Origin: an uncultured delta proteobacterium
Lineage (GTDB): Bacteria > Desulfobacterota > Desulfomonilia > UBA1062
Direction: 5' to 3'
DNA: 64,000 nucleotides
Assembly: GCA_963785235.1 (NCBI GenBank)
Contig: CAWAUM010000011.1
Location: forward strand, 32,001-96,000
This document shows positions 41,103-50,270 of this stretch, piece after piece (position 1 is the first letter of the stretch; every line of letters starts with the position of its first letter). The notes beneath the pieces are model-generated. The model searched no databases. It saw nothing but the letters and a program-made list of their open reading frames with translations, and had not been told where the DNA came from. The translations under genes and the position numbers were made by a program.

Positions 41103-41265
41103 TATCTCCGGACGCGTTTTTTTTAGACTCACACTCTCCGGTACGAAGGGCGCCCCTGATCCCTTCAATGTCGGAAGACGACTCCACGGTTCGGATAAGG
41201 GCCTCTTTTCTGGAAAGGCTGTCTTTCAGGTAAGGATTTGTTGAAACCAATGCCCGTTTCTTCAT
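41047..41265 (-). CDS. Small protein with (S/T)xxxE(G/N) motif, FicA/VbhA-like antitoxin candidate
   Basis: MKKRALVSTNPYLKD...RTVESSSDIEGI, 72 aa; adjacent to Fic genes. Confidence 0.5.
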   Translation of the reverse strand: MKKRALVSTNPYLKDSLSRKEALIRTVESSSDIEGIRGALRTGECESKKNASGDITARTSKSLKLRKRISSS

Positions 41266-41692
41266 AAAGTAAATATACCACAAATCCCTGGAAACATCAT
41301 CAGGTAACACTATCAGGCGCCTCAACTCCCTTATAACCAAACTGCTGAGTATTCGGGGTTATAATCTAACAGTGTCTATTGCCCTGTCAGTTCCATCCAT
41401 GCCTGGTGATACTTTTACATCCTCCCGCCAAGTTCGGCTACATTCTGGCTGAGGTGAAGGCCGTTATCGGGAATGAATGATCTTTCCCTATTGAAGTATT
41501 GTTGAATAAGAGAGTCTGGAAGGCATCCTTATTCAATTATTCTTGAATAACCCTGCGCATGGGACTATATTATTCAACATTATTCAACCCTTGAGATTCT
41601 CGCTTACCTGGCGCGATTTGCCTGGTATTCTTTTCTCCGACGGATACCCTCAGCCGCATCTCGGTGAGGGAGGATCTGTAACTTATTCAGGC

Positions 41693-41731
41693 ACCATGAA
41701 AATCCTGCTTTACATGCAGGATTTTCATGGT
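41693..41731. promoter_or_regulatory. 16-bp perfect inverted repeat, candidate operator
   Basis: ACCATGAAAATCCTGC-TTTACAT-GCAGGATTTTCATGGT, 11 nt before the ATPase start codon. Confidence 0.6.
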
Positions 41732-41742
41732 ATGATGCCTGC

Positions 41743-42891
41743 ATGATCGAACGGTCTGCATTAAAATCCCGCATCGATTCAGCCCTTGCCAGGAGCCGCA
41801 TCGTCTCGCTCCTTGGTCCCCGCCAGTGCGGGAAGACAACCATGGCACGTCTTTTCGTTCCCCCCGAATCTCTGAATTATTTCGACCTCGAAGATCGTTT
41901 AAGTCTTGCCCGCCTCGAAGAACCCATGACTGCACTGAAAGACCTCAAGGGCCTCGTGGTGATCGATGAGGTTCAGCTCCAGCCCGAGCTCTTCCCTGTC
42001 CTGCGGGTGCTCGCGGACAGGCGACCCCTGCCCGCACGGTTCCTTATCCTCGGGAGTGCCTCACGGCAGTGGCTCCGGCAGTCTTCCGAGTCACTTGCCG
42101 GGCGAATGGAAACCATCACCCTGACCGGGTTCTCCCTGTCCGAAGTCGGCCTGGAAAACCAGGCCGGGCACTGGCTAAGGGGCGGGCTGCCCCTTTCGTA
42201 TCTTGCAGGGAGTGAAGAAGACAGCTTCTCCTGGAGGAGCGCCTTCATCCGTACCTTTCTGGAGCGTGACCTGCCCATGATGGGAATAGGTGCATCGCCG
42301 AACACCCTCATGCGGTTCTGGTCCATCCTCGGCCATTATCACGCCCAGGTCTGGAACTCTGCCGAACCGGCCCGGTCACTCGGCGTGAATGAATCCACCG
42401 CGCGGCGATATCTCGATCTCCTGGACGGGTTGTATATGGTCCGCCAGCTCATGCCCTGGCATGCAAACTTGAAAAAACGCCAGGTCAAGGCCCCCAAAGT
42501 ATATTTCAGGGACGCAGGCATCCTGCACTGCCTGCTCGGCATACGATCGGAAAAGGAACTCTTCACCCACCCCAAGTGTGGTGCATCATGGGAAGGGTAT
42601 GTGATCGAAGAGGCCATTAAGGCCCTGCAGCCGCAGGAGGTCTATTTCTGGGCCACGCATAACGGGGCTGAGCTCGACCTCCTGATGATCATTGGGAACA
42701 GGAAGATCGGGCTTGAATGCAAGCGTATGGATGCCCCCCGTCTCACCCCCTCTATGAAGACCGCGCTGAAGGACCTTGAACTTGACCGTCTCATCGTCGT
42801 CTACCCGGGGGAAAAGGCCTACCCCCTTTCCGAGGAGGTCGAGGCACTCCCCCTGAGTATGATAACTTCAGTGCCCGGGTTGGCGCGATAA
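41743..42891 (+). CDS. AAA_14 ATPase + DUF4143 protein
   Basis: GPRQCGKTT, IDEVQ, LGSAS, ESLAGR, KAPKVYFRDAG, ELDL..ECK. Confidence 0.9.
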   Translation: MIERSALKSRIDSALARSRIVSLLGPRQCGKTTMARLFVPPESLNYFDLEDRLSLARLEEPMTALKDLKGLVVIDEVQLQPELFPVLRVLADRRPLPARFLILGSASRQWLRQSSESLAGRMETITLTGFSLSEVGLENQAGHWLRGGLPLSYLAGSEEDSFSWRSAFIRTFLERDLPMMGIGASPNTLMRFWSILGHYHAQVWNSAEPARSLGVNESTARRYLDLLDGLYMVRQLMPWHANLKKRQVKAPKVYFRDAGILHCLLGIRSEKELFTHPKCGASWEGYVIEEAIKALQPQEVYFWATHNGAELDLLMIIGNRKIGLECKRMDAPRLTPSMKTALKDLELDRLIVVYPGEKAYPLSEEVEALPLSMITSVPGLAR

Positions 42892-43026
42892 ACCTTCAGA
42901 GCCTGTGTTTACCCTTTAACCGGCAGCATTTTGTCGTGGTACAGGAGTACCTGGTGGAGATGTCTGCACGATGTCATACAATAAGCCTTTAAAAATTATG
43001 GGAGTGAATCAAGCGCTCATTCACAC

Positions 43027-43057
43027 AAAAAAACCACGGCCTGTTCAGGGCCGTGGT
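43027..43057 (-). terminator. Intrinsic terminator of the small-protein operon
   Basis: ACCACGGCC-N7-GGCCGTGGT hairpin followed by a T run on the minus strand. Confidence 0.75.
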
Positions 43058-43109
43058 CTATGGATGGATCGTTCGGGGTTTTACGCCTTTGGGGAGGCGC
43101 GTGCTTTTT

Positions 43110-43214
43110 TTACCGGTGGGCCGCCTTCTTTGCCAGGCGTGCCTCGTGCCCGGTGAACCGCAGGGTAATGGCCAGGAATGCCGCGATGCCGGTTGCGATG
43201 AAGAAGACTGTCAT
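43110..43214 (-). CDS. Hypothetical 34-aa single-TM micro-protein
   Basis: MTVFFIATGIAAFLAITLRFTGHEARLAKKAAHR; GGAGG RBS at 43223-43227; starts 2 nt after the upstream stop. Confidence 0.6.
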   Translation of the reverse strand: MTVFFIATGIAAFLAITLRFTGHEARLAKKAAHR

Positions 43215-43216
43215 GG

Positions 43217-43459
43217 CTATACCCTCCGTGCCTTTCTTTCAATAACGACCTCTTCAATGAACCCCTTGAAGCCCAGTACGATGCCGGCCACCAGTCCAAC
43301 CAGCGTAAAGTTGGGCGCCATGCCCAGGGCCTTGTCAAGCTCCATGCCGCCGTACATGCCGAGGAAAGTCATGGTCACGAGCACCAGGCAGTATGCGCTG
43401 ATCCTGCTGAGCCGGTTTTTCACTTCGCGTGTTACGGTCTCTTTGTGCGTGCGTTTCAT
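43217..43459 (-). CDS. AtpZ/AtpI (ATPase gene 1)-like two-TM protein
   Basis: FLGMYGGMELDKALGMAPNFTLVGLVAGIVLGF pattern; AGGAGG RBS. Confidence 0.65.
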   Translation of the reverse strand: MKRTHKETVTREVKNRLSRISAYCLVLVTMTFLGMYGGMELDKALGMAPNFTLVGLVAGIVLGFKGFIEEVVIERKARRV

Positions 43460-43498
43460 GGCCTTTCCTCCTTTGACGGGGTTCTAAATCAATCCTGG

Positions 43499-43675
43499 TT
43501 AGAAGAGGTTCATGATGATGTGACGGGCCGGGCCGGTGTTGATGCCCACCAGGGCGACCATCAGGACGAACACTGCCGCTGCTTCAACCGGGATGAGTCC
43601 CAATACCTTGTAGGTGAACCGGATCCCGATGCCTACCATGAACAGTGCGCCGATTACGATCCATAATGTCATCAT
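43499..43675 (-). CDS. Hypothetical 58-aa two-TM membrane protein
   Basis: MMTLWIVIGALFMVGIGIRFTYKVLGLIPVEAAAVFVLMVALVGINTGPARHIIMNLF; AGGAGG at 43684-43689. Confidence 0.7.
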   Translation of the reverse strand: MMTLWIVIGALFMVGIGIRFTYKVLGLIPVEAAAVFVLMVALVGINTGPARHIIMNLF

Positions 43676-43720
43676 TGTCTTGCCCTCCTGGGGTTTGTTT
43701 TTTCTTTCTGACCTCTATAA

Positions 43721-43896
43721 GGCAAGGGGCGTGCCAGGGCGGGCATGTTTATAACTTATTGAAATCAAAACTACTATCAATTTATGAAAAACCTGGTATT
43801 GTCATTCTGTCATTATTGCTTTGGGATAAGGGTCGTCGGGGTACAATTTGTCAAACCGGTATACCCTGCCATAGGGGCGGAATGACAGAATGGCAA
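43721..43896 (-). promoter_or_regulatory. sigma54 (-24/-12) promoter with IHF-like site and candidate enhancer inverted repeat
   Basis: TGGCACG-CCCC-TTGC at 43736-43722; TTTCAATAAGTTA near 43752-43764; 15/16 inverted repeat 43799-43814/43881-43896. Confidence 0.75.
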
Positions 43897-44084
43897 GCCA
43901 GGAGAACCAGAGGGGTTTCCCTGCCAAGGCAAGACCGGAACAACACCTTAATATTCCTTTGAAATACAGGCCTGGAATTATCCTGTCACCAACAGGACAA
44001 AAAACCTCTGGCATTGGAATGCAATCCGGGGCATTATGAAGGCCTGTAGTCCATGTCATGCAATGAGGAGGCTGTGCAGCACCC

Positions 44085-44612
44085 ATGGCGGCATCGGCAC
44101 GCACCATCGTGCCCGGCTGTCCCCATCACATCACCCAGCGGGGAAACAGGCGACAGAAGGTGTTCTTTTGTGATGACGACTACCGGGCATACCGGGATCT
44201 GGTGGCCCACTGGACCAAATTCTACGGGGTTGAGGTGTGGTGTTACTGTCTCATGCCCAACCATGTGCACCTCCTGGCCGTGCCCTGCTCGAAGGATGCC
44301 TTTTCCCGTGCGTTCGGCCAGGCGCACCGAAGGTACACCCGCATGGTGAACACCAGGTTCAGCTGGCAGGGTCACCTGTGGCAGGGCAGGTTCTCGTCTG
44401 GCGTGGTGCACAACGAATCGCTCCTGGCAACCGCCCGCTATATCGAGATGAATCCGGTTCATGCACGTCTGGTGAAGAACCCGCAGGATTACGAATGGAG
44501 CAGCGCCGGCGCCCACATTGAAGGCAGGCCCGATTGCCTGGCCAGGGGCGGACCCTTCTCGGCGCTTGCGGATGAGTGGAAGGCGTTCCTGCTGCTTGCC
44601 GGGCAGCGGTGA
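44085..44612 (+). mobile_element. Y1 HUH transposase, RAYT-type (possibly C-terminally truncated)
   Basis: PHHITQRGN, YCLMPNHVHLL, GHLWQGRF, YIEMNPV, YEWSSA. Confidence 0.85.
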
Positions 44613-44789
44613 TCCCCTGTGGCCAGGGGTGACGGCCCTGCACGGAAACCGGTGAGGAACCTGTTGCCTTGGGGTAAGAAACATTGCATATAGAAGCATC
44701 GATAAGGCAACATGATCAGTCCGTAGGTTGATGGTGCGTTTTGAATCGATACCCGTACTTTGCACCACTTAAGAAGGAGGAGGTTTTCT

Positions 44790-45218
44790 ATGGCAGGTTC
44801 TGTAAACAAGGTTATCCTGATCGGCAGGCTTGGCAAGGACCCGGAGATGAGGTTTACCCCGAGCGGCAAGGCTGTTACCAATTTCACCATGGCAACGAAT
44901 GAATACTGGATGGACCAGAGCGGGGAAAAGCAGGAACGCACCGAGTGGCACCGCATCGTCACCTGGGGAAAGCTGGCTGAAAACTCCGCCAAGCTTCTGG
45001 CCAAGGGCAAGCATGTATACGTAGAGGGCAGGATCCAGACGCGGTCGTGGGACGACAAGGACGGGAACAAACGCTACACCACCGAGATCGTTGCCAATAA
45101 CATGCAGATACTCGGGCCCATGGAAAGCGGCGGCAGGGGCTTGAGCGATGACAGTCAGGATCTAGGATCCGGCGATGGCGCACCGGGTTCCCCTGAGTTT
45201 GATGACGTGCCGTTCTAA
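44790..45218 (+). CDS. ssb: Single-stranded DNA-binding protein
   Basis: [23 protein letters not shown]-terminal DDVPF. Confidence 0.97.
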   Translation: MAGSVNKVILIGRLGKDPEMRFTPSGKAVTNFTMATNEYWMDQSGEKQERTEWHRIVTWGKLAENSAKLLAKGKHVYVEGRIQTRSWDDKDGNKRYTTEIVANNMQILGPMESGGRGLSDDSQDLGSGDGAPGSPEFDDVPF

Positions 45219-45240
45219 CATAGGTATGTTTTGATCTCTA

Positions 45241-45269
45241 TCCCCCTCTCCCGCTGTGGGAGAGGGGGA
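45241..45269. terminator. 12-bp hairpin between convergent genes (likely terminator)
   Basis: TCCCCCTCTCCC-GCTGT-GGGAGAGGGGGA followed by an A run. Confidence 0.6.
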
Positions 45270-45321
45270 AAAATTCCTGAGTGGGAAGGATTGTCTCTGG
45301 TCTTCAGGCCTTTCTCTTTGT

Positions 45322-46485
45322 CTACAGGCCGAGGCTGTTCCTGACCGCCTTTTTGATTCCCGGTGCAGCCGCCTTGATGATCGCCTCGTCCACGCAGTAG
45401 GTAAACCGCACATATCCGCTCCGGCCGAATCCCCTGCCCGGGACAGCAAGGACGCATTCGTTCACCAGGCAGTTGCACAAGGCCAGCTCGTCTTCAATGG
45501 GAGACTTCACAAAGAGGTAGAAGGCCCCTTCAGGCGGTGCATAAGTCAGGCCTGCATCGTCAAAGATCCCCTTCATCACATCACGGCGCTTCCGGTAGAT
45601 CTCCACATCCACCCGCTCGTTCAGGCACCCGGCCAGGACTTTCTGCATAAGGGCCGGGGCATTGACGAAACCGAGGATGCGGGTGGCAAGGATCATGGCG
45701 CCGATGATCTCCTTCTTCTGGTATAAATCCGGGTTTACTGCGATATAGCCGATACGCTCCCCTGCCAGTGAAAGCTCCTTGGATGCAGAGGTGACAACAA
45801 CGGAATTGGGGATGTGCTTGAGCACCGAGGGCACCTGGCGGTTGTCATACACAATGGCCCGATACGGTTCGTCAGAGATGACAACCACCTGGGGGTGTTG
45901 CTGAAGCAGCTTTCCCATTGCCGCGAGTATGCCCTCAGGATAGACCCTGCCCGTGGGGTTATTAGGGGTGTTTATGATGATGGCCTTGGTCCGTTCTGTT
46001 ATCTTTTCTGCGATCTTTTCCACATCAGGCAGGAACTGCTCGTCACACTCGGCAACTACAAGCCTGCCGCCGTGGTTATCAACATAGAAACCGTACTCCA
46101 CAAAGTAAGGTGCTAACGCAATCACCTCGTCTCCGGGGTCCAAAATGGCCTTCAAGGCCACATTCAGCCCTCCGCCTGCGCCGCATGACATGACGATGTC
46201 ATCGGCCGTCAGGGGCACTTCATATATCCCGGTTAGATGGGCGGCTATACTTAAGCGTACATCCTCATAACCAGCATTGGCCATGTAGCCGTGGAACATG
46301 GTGCCGGTCAGTGCCGCCATTCGTTCAAGGACCCTGGCGGGCGGCGGCACATCGGGGTTGCCCAGGCTGAAGTCAAAGACATTGTCCGGCCCATGGATGG
46401 ACTTGAGACGTGCGCCTTCCTCAAACATCTTCCGGATCCACGAGGCCTTTTCCATGAACTGGGTCATCTTTGCTGAAGCCGGCAT
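45322..46485 (-). CDS. PLP-dependent aminotransferase class I/II (aspartate aminotransferase-like)
   Basis: SWIRKMFEEG, DFSLGNP, NTPNNPTG, SDEPY, SASKELSLAGERIG; AGGAGG RBS. Confidence 0.9.
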   Translation of the reverse strand: MPASAKMTQFMEKASWIRKMFEEGARLKSIHGPDNVFDFSLGNPDVPPPARVLERMAALTGTMFHGYMANAGYEDVRLSIAAHLTGIYEVPLTADDIVMSCGAGGGLNVALKAILDPGDEVIALAPYFVEYGFYVDNHGGRLVVAECDEQFLPDVEKIAEKITERTKAIIINTPNNPTGRVYPEGILAAMGKLLQQHPQVVVISDEPYRAIVYDNRQVPSVLKHIPNSVVVTSASKELSLAGERIGYIAVNPDLYQKKEIIGAMILATRILGFVNAPALMQKVLAGCLNERVDVEIYRKRRDVMKGIFDDAGLTYAPPEGAFYLFVKSPIEDELALCNCLVNECVLAVPGRGFGRSGYVRFTYCVDEAIIKAAAPGIKKAVRNSLGL

Positions 46486-46711
46486 AGCTACCTCCTGTAA
46501 GGCAAATAAGGACAGATGATAACAAGCATCAGCTTGAAAGTACAGGTGAAAAAGCAGTTTAAAAAGAGCTTGGCAACGTTTGCCCGCAATGGGGCGATAC
46601 ATGTTTTTGTGCCTTGTAGGCCATGGGAAGTGATGCTATCGTGAGCCTGCATGATTTAGGACCGGATCAGCCCAAGCACTAGATCTTCAGAGCGTGAAAG
46701 GATATTTTATT

Positions 46712-48586
46712 ATGACGGAAAGGATAAAATCACCGCTGATCATCAACATACTGCTGGCTGTGATGATCTTTGCCCTGTACTTCACTATATTCGAAAACAG
46801 CCCGACCAACTGGGATGACCCTGCCCTTTTCAGGAATACCTTACTCCACAGCGCTACCATGGATAATATAAAGACATTACTTTCGTACCAGAGCGGGACC
46901 ACGTACCAGCCTGTGAGGGACTTGAGCTATATGGTCGACTTCAGCCTGTGGGGTCGTGAAAAGGTGGTTTTCGGCATGCACCTCCAGAGCCTGATCCTCT
47001 ATATCCTCATGGTGATCGGATGTTATGCCTTCATGAGGGAGCTGCTGAAGGCCTTTCACGATGATACGGAAGAGCGTTACATCTGGGCTGTTCTCACCAC
47101 GGTTATCTTTGCCGTCCATCCTGTACATGTGGAGAGCGTGACATGGCTTTACGCACGAAAGGAGCCCCTGCTGGGCATATTCACCTTTCTGTCCCTGTGG
47201 GCCTTCATCAAGGCCAGGAGCGCATCCTGGAAATATTATCTCCTGAGCGCTACCTCTCTTCTGCTCGCCATCCTTTCCAAGCCCACGGCCCTTGTCATTC
47301 CGGGCATCATGTTCATGCTCGATATCGCCCTGCAGGCAAGATTAAAGGAACCTTCATTCTGGAAGAGGCGCCTGGCCCTGTATATCCCCATCCTTGTTGT
47401 GGTGTCGCCCATGATAGTGCGGCTTGTTACCATGATGCACACCACCGGGGGCATCAAGCCCTACCACGGCGGAAGTTTTGCCACGAACCTGCTGGCCGTA
47501 TCCCAGATCTTTATCAGCTACATCAAGCTCATAGGCTTCACGGTTAATTATTCGGCAGACTATCCCATACCTCTGTACTCTGACCCACACACCTGGCAGC
47601 CCTGGTTCTTTGTCTGTCTCAATGTGCTGCTCATTGGCAGTGCGGTATTGGCCTTTATCAAAAAAAGATACATCTACAGCTTCTTTGTTGCCTGGTATTA
47701 TATCTTTATCATTCCGGTATCCCACATCTTTCCCATCTCCCAGACCATGACCGACCGTTATGCACTCCTGCCATCTCTGAGCTGGTGCGTGCTGCTCGGT
47801 TATCTGGCCACGAAACTCTGGCATGTAAGGCTCAAGCAAGGTTCCCTTTCTTCCAGGTTCCCTATGGCGCTTGCCATTGGCCTGTTCTGCTTTGTGACCC
47901 TCTTTTATTCCTTCATGACCTTCCGCCAGAATGGCATCTGGAGGAACAGCCAGACCTTGTGGGAAGATACCCTGGCAAAGTATCCCACTTCAAGCCCGGC
48001 AAATGTCAACCTTGCAGCCATCTACATACACCAGGGACGCTACGAGGAGGTCCAGCAGCTCTGTCTTACCGCCATAAAGGCCCTGCCGTATGATTACCTT
48101 GCCATCAGCAACCTTGCGCTGGCCCAGATGATGATGAAGCAGTATGACAATGCCATCAATAATTACAAGCAGGCCCTTAAGCTCAAGCCCGATCTTACGG
48201 AAGCCCGAATGGGGCTTGCATATGCATATTCTGAGAAGAAAGATCATGCAAACGCGTATGAGATGTATACCAGGCTTTTTCAGGATAATGTAAAGGGTTC
48301 GCCGGCTTTTATAACAAAGGCCTACTATCAGTTGGGGTACGCTGCATGGAAACTCGGCAGGAAGGACGAGGCCTATCGCAGCCTGGCCATGGCCGAACCG
48401 GGGATGCGAAAGGACAAGTTCCTCCTGGCTGACCTGGCAGGGCTCTACACGAGCATGATGGATATGAACAAGGCTTATGAGCTGTACTCAGCGCTGTATC
48501 CCATGCTTGAACAGGGTGATGCAAAGGATAAGCTCTCCATGCTGCTGAGGGCTCTTGAAAAGAGGATAAAAAAGCCTCAGGGGTAA
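46712..48586 (+). CDS. TMTC-like GT-C membrane protein with C-terminal TPRs
   Basis: NWDD, YQPVR, HPVHVESVTW..RK, DRYALLP, WRNSQTLW, then TPR helices. Confidence 0.75.
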   Translation: MTERIKSPLIINILLAVMIFALYFTIFENSPTNWDDPALFRNTLLHSATMDNIKTLLSYQSGTTYQPVRDLSYMVDFSLWGREKVVFGMHLQSLILYILMVIGCYAFMRELLKAFHDDTEERYIWAVLTTVIFAVHPVHVESVTWLYARKEPLLGIFTFLSLWAFIKARSASWKYYLLSATSLLLAILSKPTALVIPGIMFMLDIALQARLKEPSFWKRRLALYIPILVVVSPMIVRLVTMMHTTGGIKPYHGGSFATNLLAVSQIFISYIKLIGFTVNYSADYPIPLYSDPHTWQPWFFVCLNVLLIGSAVLAFIKKRYIYSFFVAWYYIFIIPVSHIFPISQTMTDRYALLPSLSWCVLLGYLATKLWHVRLKQGSLSSRFPMALAIGLFCFVTLFYSFMTFRQNGIWRNSQTLWEDTLAKYPTSSPANVNLAAIYIHQGRYEEVQQLCLTAIKALPYDYLAISNLALAQMMMKQYDNAINNYKQALKLKPDLTEARMGLAYAYSEKKDHANAYEMYTRLFQDNVKGSPAFITKAYYQLGYAAWKLGRKDEAYRSLAMAEPGMRKDKFLLADLAGLYTSMMDMNKAYELYSALYPMLEQGDAKDKLSMLLRALEKRIKKPQG

Positions 48587-48590
48587 GTTA

Positions 48591-50126
48591 TTAAAACTTT
48601 CTTTTCGGCGAAACCATTACCAGCGCATAGGTGCTCTCAGCCCGGTAAGAATCCACCAGCACGGAGTGCATACGCCCTTTAAGGCCCTCGAGCAGACCTG
48701 CTAGGTCAGATGTGCTTGCAGCGAGGAAAGCGGTGTCATTCAGTGGCACGACGTCCCTGGTCACGATCATGGGGTCAGCATGTGCAGCACTCATATATCC
48801 GCGCATGACAAGGTCATCTTCATACACGATCAGTGGTGTATTTTTCGATATGTCGCCCATGTAGGACATCTTCTGGTCCCACTGGTCTTCCGGGCTCACA
48901 AAGGCCATATACCAGACTATGGAGACAACGGCGAACAGGGTGACCATGAACTGGGCGGTCATCTTGCGCTTAACGGTCAAGATCATAAAGAGTATGGCAG
49001 CTGTGACGAACCCTGCGCAGCCAATGAGCTGCTTTGTGTTTATGGCGAACCCTAAATACACGGGAAGCAGCAGAAGAACGAGTGCACAGAGAAAAACGCT
49101 TAAACCGGCCAGCATCATCATCCAATAGGCCAGACGACCTTTTTGCACACCCGTGAATACTGCTTGCGAGAGCCAGCGCCCTATTAAAGGTGAAGCAAAT
49201 AGTGCAAGGATGGTGGCATACTGGTTCAGTCCGGAAGATGAGCTCCAGAGCATGAGGACGATCAGCACAATAGCAATTCTGACAGGCAGCAGGGTCCGCC
49301 AGGCATCCTGGTCTGAGGGTCCGCCGCCATAAACCCAGGCCGGTATAACCAGGAATATCCAGGGGGATGAATAGGTGATAACTGAGTACATCCCTTTAAA
49401 CAGGCCGATATGCCCACCCGGTGTAAAGGCCCCGCTTGAAAAGCCCTCCCCCAGTATGATCCTGTATGATGTGTAATACGCTGCCATGGCACATGCTATG
49501 ATAACCAGGCCGGGGATAAGGTGTATGGAAAGGAGCTGTGATGGGGAAAGGTCGAGCAGGGTGAGAAGGAGCGCTCCAAGGAGAAAGAACACGAGCATGA
49601 AGTAGCCCCCGGTGAGCGCGGCCAGACCGGCGAGCAGGTATGACAGGATATACAGTCCGGAATTTAGCCCCTTCAGGTAGACAAGGGAAAAGAGGCCAAA
49701 GGCCCATACAACAAGGGTTACAGGCAGCGCCATGAGGTTCAGTGTACCGAACAGGGCTAAAAAACCAAGGCTTGTCATGGCCACAAGGCATGAGGCAAAG
49801 GCGCATGAAAGGCCGAAGATGGCAAGGCTGTAAAGGAAGACGCCGGATATAATGATACAGCCCAGCAGGCAGGACACCAGTCTCGGTGTGGATACGTCAA
49901 TGACGGGAAGTAACGACATGGCCGTCAAGGTCAGGGGATTCTGGCCCGGCAGGGATTCGGCGTTGAGCACAGGCACATGGCGCTGCTGATCCTGCATCTC
50001 GTTTATGATCTGGAAGAGCCACACCTCTGAGTCTCTTGGCGGTGTGAAAAGGCTCAGCGGCAGGAGCAGGGCAAGGCATGCCGCAAGAATGACGAAAAGA
50101 GATGCGGCGGATTTCAGTGATTTCAC
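48591..50126 (-). CDS. ArnT/GT39-like multi-pass membrane protein (divergent)
   Basis: DSE...EM...VPVLN..PL...RL N-terminal pattern and many TM segments. Confidence 0.55.
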   Translation of the reverse strand: MKSLKSAASLFVILAACLALLLPLSLFTPPRDSEVWLFQIINEMQDQQRHVPVLNAESLPGQNPLTLTAMSLLPVIDVSTPRLVSCLLGCIIISGVFLYSLAIFGLSCAFASCLVAMTSLGFLALFGTLNLMALPVTLVVWAFGLFSLVYLKGLNSGLYILSYLLAGLAALTGGYFMLVFFLLGALLLTLLDLSPSQLLSIHLIPGLVIIACAMAAYYTSYRIILGEGFSSGAFTPGGHIGLFKGMYSVITYSSPWIFLVIPAWVYGGGPSDQDAWRTLLPVRIAIVLIVLMLWSSSSGLNQYATILALFASPLIGRWLSQAVFTGVQKGRLAYWMMMLAGLSVFLCALVLLLLPVYLGFAINTKQLIGCAGFVTAAILFMILTVKRKMTAQFMVTLFAVVSIVWYMAFVSPEDQWDQKMSYMGDISKNTPLIVYEDDLVMRGYMSAAHADPMIVTRDVVPLNDTAFLAASTSDLAGLLEGLKGRMHSVLVDSYRAESTYALVMVSPKRKF

Positions 50127-50209
50127 AGGGTTTGGCCTCCCACTTGCTAAAAGGGATTACATGATGCACCTCGAAAGTGTCAAGACTGGAGATGACTTAT
50201 TTGTAAGGG

Positions 50210-50238
50210 TTGACATCTTAGGGCGCTGACCGTAGAAT
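50210..50238 (+). promoter_or_regulatory. sigma70 promoter of rph-rdgB
   Basis: TTGACA-N17-TAGAAT. Confidence 0.7.
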
Positions 50239-50270
50239 CGGCCCCCAGAAAGGGCATAAAGGGTTTATAT

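Noticed and set aside
43217-43459. Start of an ATP synthase operon
   Set aside because: No atpB/atpE follows; a terminator closes the unit after the 34-aa ORF
43965-44048. c-di-GMP-I (GEMM) riboswitch
   Set aside because: Two-hairpin layout is loosely similar, but the GNRA tetraloop, its receptor and the conserved GCAAA-type blocks are missing
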